In this document: one piece after another, positions 59,909-64,000 of the stretch
How positions within the stretch are numbered: position 1 is the first letter of the stretch
Layout of the letters: each line of letters opens with the position of its first letter
DNA from: an uncultured Acidobacteriota bacterium
GTDB taxonomy: Bacteria > Acidobacteriota > Vicinamibacteria > Vicinamibacterales > CAVVIG01
Length of the DNA: 64,000 nucleotides
Direction: 5' to 3'
Assembly: GCA_963725105.1 (NCBI GenBank)
Contig: CAVRXZ010000009.1
Location: 91,363-155,362 of the forward strand
Notes under the pieces: model-generated
Databases searched by the model: none
Seen by the model: only the letters and a program-made list of their open reading frames with translations
What the model was told of the DNA's origin: nothing
Made by a program: the position numbers and the translations under genes

Positions 59909-60714
59909 TTGTGCACTCCCACGGGTTTCGCGTTGCCGTACCGTTTCTCCTGGAGATAGTACACACACTCGTATTCCAGGAGCTTGACGTTCTTCTCGAT
60001 GCGGCGATACAGCGGCATGCTGATCTTCCAGGGCCGCGTGAACACCTTGGAGTCCTCGAGCGTGGCCTCGTACATGATGTGCTCGGCGTCTATGGGCGTG
60101 TAGCGTTCCACCACGTGCAGGGCATCGCTGTGAAAATTGCCTGCGTGATCGAGCCACGTGTGGTCGTCCAGATTGGTGACATCCACCACCAACGTGTCGC
60201 CCTCCCAGCGTCCGCGCGAGTCTCCCATCCAGAAATCCGGAAAGCCAGAGGGATGCGGTGATCCGTCCGTGAACACATTGCGACGCGCATGCGCAAACTC
60301 GTAGGAGAACACAATCAGCTGTGGCGACTGAATGATCTCAAACGGGAAGGGCAAGTACGTGACCCTGGGGACGCCGGGCAGGTAACACGTGGCCTCGGCC
60401 GGGTCGTCGGTGTCGCGGTGCTCGAAGTTGTCCCGTTGCTTCACGGCCGCCGCGGGCAGGTAAGGGATCGTGCCGCCTTCCACCACGCTCTGTCCGGCAG
60501 GCAGGCCAAGCGCGGCGGAATGATCCTGCAGGTCCCAGGCCGCGCTGGTCAGCACCTGCCAGATGCCGCTCAGATCGGGTTTGCCGTCCGGGCCCCGTGG
60601 AACGTTGGGTGAAGTGTTGGGCGCCCTCGCCTGAGCCTGTCCGACGGCGGGAATCGCCGCACACAGAAGCGCCAGGGCAACAGCCTTCAATATCGGTCCG
60701 CGCTTTGGAGTCAT
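59905..60714 (-). CDS. Uncharacterised secreted protein (DUF6152 partner family)
   Basis: KPDLSGIW, DDP..CYLPGVPR, GDSRGRWEGDTLVVD, HSDALHVVERY and LEYEC. Confidence 0.78.
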   Translation of the reverse strand: MTPKRGPILKAVALALLCAAIPAVGQAQARAPNTSPNVPRGPDGKPDLSGIWQVLTSAAWDLQDHSAALGLPAGQSVVEGGTIPYLPAAAVKQRDNFEHRDTDDPAEATCYLPGVPRVTYLPFPFEIIQSPQLIVFSYEFAHARRNVFTDGSPHPSGFPDFWMGDSRGRWEGDTLVVDVTNLDDHTWLDHAGNFHSDALHVVERYTPIDAEHIMYEATLEDSKVFTRPWKISMPLYRRIEKNVKLLEYECVYYLQEKRYGNAKPVGVHK

Positions 60715-60824
60715 GCTGCCCCCCTGACTTTCCAAGACCAGATTGTGATCACCGTAGATTAGTCCAAAGAACACCGGATCGTTTGCCTAATGCGCGTGGC
60801 TGGCAAGCCATGCGCGCGCCCCGA

Positions 60825-61112
60825 TCAAGCGGGCCAGATACGCTGGCCGTCGACCGAGATCGCGACTACCCACCCCGGATCGAGCCGCATGATGTAACTA
60901 CGAGTCGGCGAGAGCTGATCCTCCGGAAACAGTTCGCGAACCCTCACGAACACCAGGCGTCCCTCTTCCAGACCGACAAACCGCATCCCGCCAAACTCCA
61001 CTCGCGCATGACCGTCGGTATCGTCGGCGAAGACGATCTGGTCGGTCGGCAGCGACACGTTCAGGCCGTTCGGAAAGAGGACGAACGTGACCGGGTGGGC
61101 CGTTTCCGACAA
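60825..61112 (-). CDS. Small hypothetical protein
   Basis: 95-aa ORF with coding-like codon usage; no motif recognised. Confidence 0.5.
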   Translation of the reverse strand: MSETAHPVTFVLFPNGLNVSLPTDQIVFADDTDGHARVEFGGMRFVGLEEGRLVFVRVRELFPEDQLSPTRSYIMRLDPGWVVAISVDGQRIWPA

Positions 61113-61223
61113 TCGGAAGCTGGGATGTCCGGTTGCGTTCCCGCCGCAGCGAAGTCGGCGCCGCGAAGTCGATGAGCAATGGCATTGCCTTGCTTCTGAG
61201 GTGTCAGTCCACGCGGAGACGCT

Positions 61224-61574
61224 TTAGTAGCGCGGGACAGAGGGATCGACGAGCTGCGACCAGGCGTCGATGCCGCCCAGCAGATTGTGAAGATTGCGGA
61301 ACCCTTCTCGCCGAAAGAACTCGGCGGCCTGCTGACTGCGTACGCCGTGGTGGCACTGGAAAACGATGGGCGTATCCCGATCCAGATGGAGCAGCGCGTC
61401 GAGATATGCTTGATCGAGCAGGCGAGATCCGTCGATCTTCGCAATCTCGCGCTCCTCGTCGGTGCGGACGTCGACGAGTTCGAGCGGCGTGCCGCTCTCG
61501 ACCAGGGCCTGCAACTCCAGGGCTGACAGCTGACGAATCGGAGGAGGCTCGTTCGCTGTCGTCTGTTCACCCAT
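61224..61574 (-). CDS. Rhodanese-like domain protein
   Basis: LVDVRT..E, CHHGVRS and NLLGGIDAW..DPSVPRY. Confidence 0.9.
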   Translation of the reverse strand: MGEQTTANEPPPIRQLSALELQALVESGTPLELVDVRTDEEREIAKIDGSRLLDQAYLDALLHLDRDTPIVFQCHHGVRSQQAAEFFRREGFRNLHNLLGGIDAWSQLVDPSVPRY

Positions 61575-61754
61575 GGACTGTTGATTCTCGTTCCTGAGAT
61601 CCCATCCGGTCAACATTTCGCGGTTGATTCCAGCTCACTCCGGCAGCGTTGGGAGAGCCTTCAACGTATCGTCAACGCTCTGATAGACTCCGCACAACAG
61701 CTGGACCTGTCGGGGCGTACTCGCTCGCAAAGCGCCCACTCAAAGAGGTTGCAA

Positions 61755-62885
61755 ATGAAGAAGTCTTTGTCCTGGTTCCGCGCCATGGCGATCGCCGTGA
61801 TCGGCGTCGCTACTGCGAACGTGCAGGCGCAGCGCGGCCCGGCCGTTCCGCAGATGCGCGGCGACGGTCCTCCACCCGAGGCCAAGCCCTTCTCGATCAC
61901 GAAGACCGATCCGGCGCTCGACGACATCGTCTCGCCCGACGCCAAGCTGGTGGAGCTTGCCCGCGGCTTCGGTCTCACCGAAGGCGGGCTGTGGATCGCG
62001 GACGGGACCAGCGGCTACTGGATTTTCGCCGGTCTGCTCGACAACGTGCTCTATAAGGTCACCCCGCAGAAGCAGGTCTCCGTCTTCATGGAGAAGGCCG
62101 GTTATACCGGCAACGATCCCGAGCATGTCGGCACGCAGACTCGCTCCGGTCGCAGTCATGTGCTTCTGATCGGTCCGTCCTGCACGGGCATGGATCATCA
62201 GGGCCGCGTGATCTGGTGCGCCGACAACGATCGACAGGTGATGCGGCTGGAAAAGGACGGCACGCATACGGTGCTGTCGGGCGGCATGGACGGTCAGAAG
62301 TTCAGCGGCCCGAACGACATCGCGATCGCGGCGGACGATGCGGTCTATGTCACGGACAACGATTTCGGCCTGCGCGACGGCGGCAGGAATCCCGACAAGC
62401 AGCTGCAGAACGGCATCTACCGGATCAAGGATGGCAAGACGACGCTCGTGCTGAGCGGCGCGGATCTCGGTGGCATGCCGAACGGCATCGCGCTGTCGCC
62501 GGACGGTAAGTGGATGTATCTGTCCACCGCAAATCGTCAGATGCGGCGATATGCCGTCAATCCCGATGGCACGCTCGGCGCGTTTACCGTCTTTACCGAA
62601 GGCGTCGGCATCGGTGACGGCCAGAAGACAGACACGGCAGGCAATCTGTTCTCGACCGGCGGAGCGGGCCCCGGCATCATCCGCATCACGTCGCCTGCGG
62701 GCAAGCTGCTCGGCACGATCAACCTGCCGATCTACGGCGGCGAGCCGAAGAAACAGATCTGTGCGACGAACGTCGCATTCGGCGGTCCGGATGGCAGGAC
62801 TCTGTTCATGGCGGGATGCGATTCCGTCTACACGATCCAGTTGAAGACACCTGGGATCGTGCCGGCGCACAACGTGAACAAGTAG
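61755..62885 (+). CDS. SMP-30/gluconolactonase family secreted protein
   Basis: Signal peptide, TEG..W, GPND, PNGIALSPD, DG.K.D..GN and TNVAFGG.DG.TL. Confidence 0.9.
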   Translation: MKKSLSWFRAMAIAVIGVATANVQAQRGPAVPQMRGDGPPPEAKPFSITKTDPALDDIVSPDAKLVELARGFGLTEGGLWIADGTSGYWIFAGLLDNVLYKVTPQKQVSVFMEKAGYTGNDPEHVGTQTRSGRSHVLLIGPSCTGMDHQGRVIWCADNDRQVMRLEKDGTHTVLSGGMDGQKFSGPNDIAIAADDAVYVTDNDFGLRDGGRNPDKQLQNGIYRIKDGKTTLVLSGADLGGMPNGIALSPDGKWMYLSTANRQMRRYAVNPDGTLGAFTVFTEGVGIGDGQKTDTAGNLFSTGGAGPGIIRITSPAGKLLGTINLPIYGGEPKKQICATNVAFGGPDGRTLFMAGCDSVYTIQLKTPGIVPAHNVNK

Positions 62886-63006
62886 TTGTGAGCCAGCTGG
62901 TCACTGCACGGCACCAGTTTCGGCTGGCGCTCTGGCGGACACAAGACCGTCGAGGCGGGCGTCACGTCTTTTGCCGACTGGCGGAGGCATTTCTGGACGG
63001 TCATTG

Positions 63007-63693
63007 ATGTTCTTGACTTCTTCTCGCGGACGTCTCACGGATCGCGATCTCGATCGCTTTCCTGACAACACGCTCTTTCATCGAATCGGACGAGCGGTCT
63101 GTCATGCGGGATGTTTGCCTCGCAAGGAACTGTATGAGACATGGGAGATGGCGCGGCGAGTGCGGCGGCTCTTTCGCGGCGGGCGCGTGATCGATCTCGG
63201 TGCGGGGCACGGCCTGCTCGCGCAGCTCATGGTCTTGCTTGACGATTCTTCGCCGACGGCACTCGTGGTCGACAAGACCATTCCCGCGTCCAGCGCGAAA
63301 CTGCATCAGGTGTTCGTTCAGGCCTGGCCGCGGCTGTCCGGGCGCATCGCTTTCGTGGCTGGAGGAGTGGAGTCGATCGACATCCTCGACACAGATGTCG
63401 TGGTGTCAAGTCATGCATGCGGGATCCTCACCGATGTGGTGCTGACTCGGGCGGCCGCTGCCAACGCACGGGTCGCCGTACTGCCTTGCTGTCATGATCA
63501 CACGGCTGGTGATACGGGAGGACTGGCAGGTTGGGTTGACGCTTCTCTCGCGATCGACATCATGCGCGCGCGCCAGCTGAGCGCGCGGGGCTATCGGATC
63601 TGGACCCAGACGATTCCGGCTGATATCACCCCGAAGAACCGGCTATTGCTGGCTCAACCTTCGCCTCGCACGGACGACGGTATACCATTGTGA
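63007..63693 (+). CDS. SAM-dependent methyltransferase (Methyltransf_32-like)
   Basis: IDLGAGHG, HACG.LTD, LPCCH and ITPKN. Confidence 0.82.
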   Translation: MFLTSSRGRLTDRDLDRFPDNTLFHRIGRAVCHAGCLPRKELYETWEMARRVRRLFRGGRVIDLGAGHGLLAQLMVLLDDSSPTALVVDKTIPASSAKLHQVFVQAWPRLSGRIAFVAGGVESIDILDTDVVVSSHACGILTDVVLTRAAAANARVAVLPCCHDHTAGDTGGLAGWVDASLAIDIMRARQLSARGYRIWTQTIPADITPKNRLLLAQPSPRTDDGIPL

Positions 63694-63745
63694 TCCGCCG
63701 AGTGGCGGTGGTAAGTAAGGAGCCAGGTAACCGGAGGAGGCAGGA

Positions 63746-64000
63746 ATGAACACTGAACAAGCGCAAGTACTTCGCGACACGTTGGTGGGGTCGATCGAAC
63801 AAGAAGGAGCCGGCACACGGAAAGTGATCGGTGCGATTACCAACCGCGACTACAAACCGGACGCCAAGTCGCGCACGGCGTGGGACCTGGCGACGCATCT
63901 GACGATGAGCGATGTCTGGTTTGCCGACTCGATTCTGAACGGCGCGTTCGCGTATAGCGGCGAACCACCCGTGCCCGCAGAGATGACCAATCCGGCGGCG
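63746..64000 (+). CDS. DinB family protein (3' end outside window)
   Basis: GGAGG RBS; MNTEQ..E...TRKVI.AI..DYKPDAKSRTAWDLATHL. Confidence 0.75.
   Translation, partial: MNTEQAQVLRDTLVGSIEQEGAGTRKVIGAITNRDYKPDAKSRTAWDLATHLTMSDVWFADSILNGAFAYSGEPPVPAEMTNPAA

Noticed and set aside
63694-63745. Riboswitch upstream of dinB
   Set aside because: Only a 5-bp hairpin (CCGCC-GAGT-GGCGG); no recognisable aptamer.

Overview
A GC-rich bacterial accessory region with about 70 genes and no rRNA, tRNA, CRISPR array, integrase or transposase that I can see. The gene families (DUF6152 and its partner family, many signal-peptide enzymes, PQQ propeller) suggest Acidobacteriota, probably Vicinamibacteria; this is inference only. 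Around 20 single-base frameshifts in otherwise intact genes look like long-read indel errors, and several real gene remnants sit at gene junctions. Highlights: (1) a closely packed NUDIX - CYTH/CHAD - ParA operon (21.1-24.3 kb) whose ParA carries its own CYTH-like tail, a candidate polyphosphate-granule positioning or turnover system; (2) a general-stress-type island (11.3-18.5 kb: YtxH, PolX-derived PHP, AI-2E remnant, NtrC-type regulator, kinase, receiver, BON, CsbD) with several sigma54 -24/-12 promoters and a candidate ~90-nt sigma54-driven sRNA with two hairpins; (3) a 49-aa Cys/His metallothionein-like gene at 45401-45550 that is missing from the ORF track; (4) a TMTC-like glycosyltransferase followed by secreted and lipoprotein genes; (5) DUF6152 with paralogous uncharacterised secreted proteins; (6) an ECF41 promoter still present although its sigma gene is reduced to a 3' stub. 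Family calls come from motifs recognised by eye; no database search was run.
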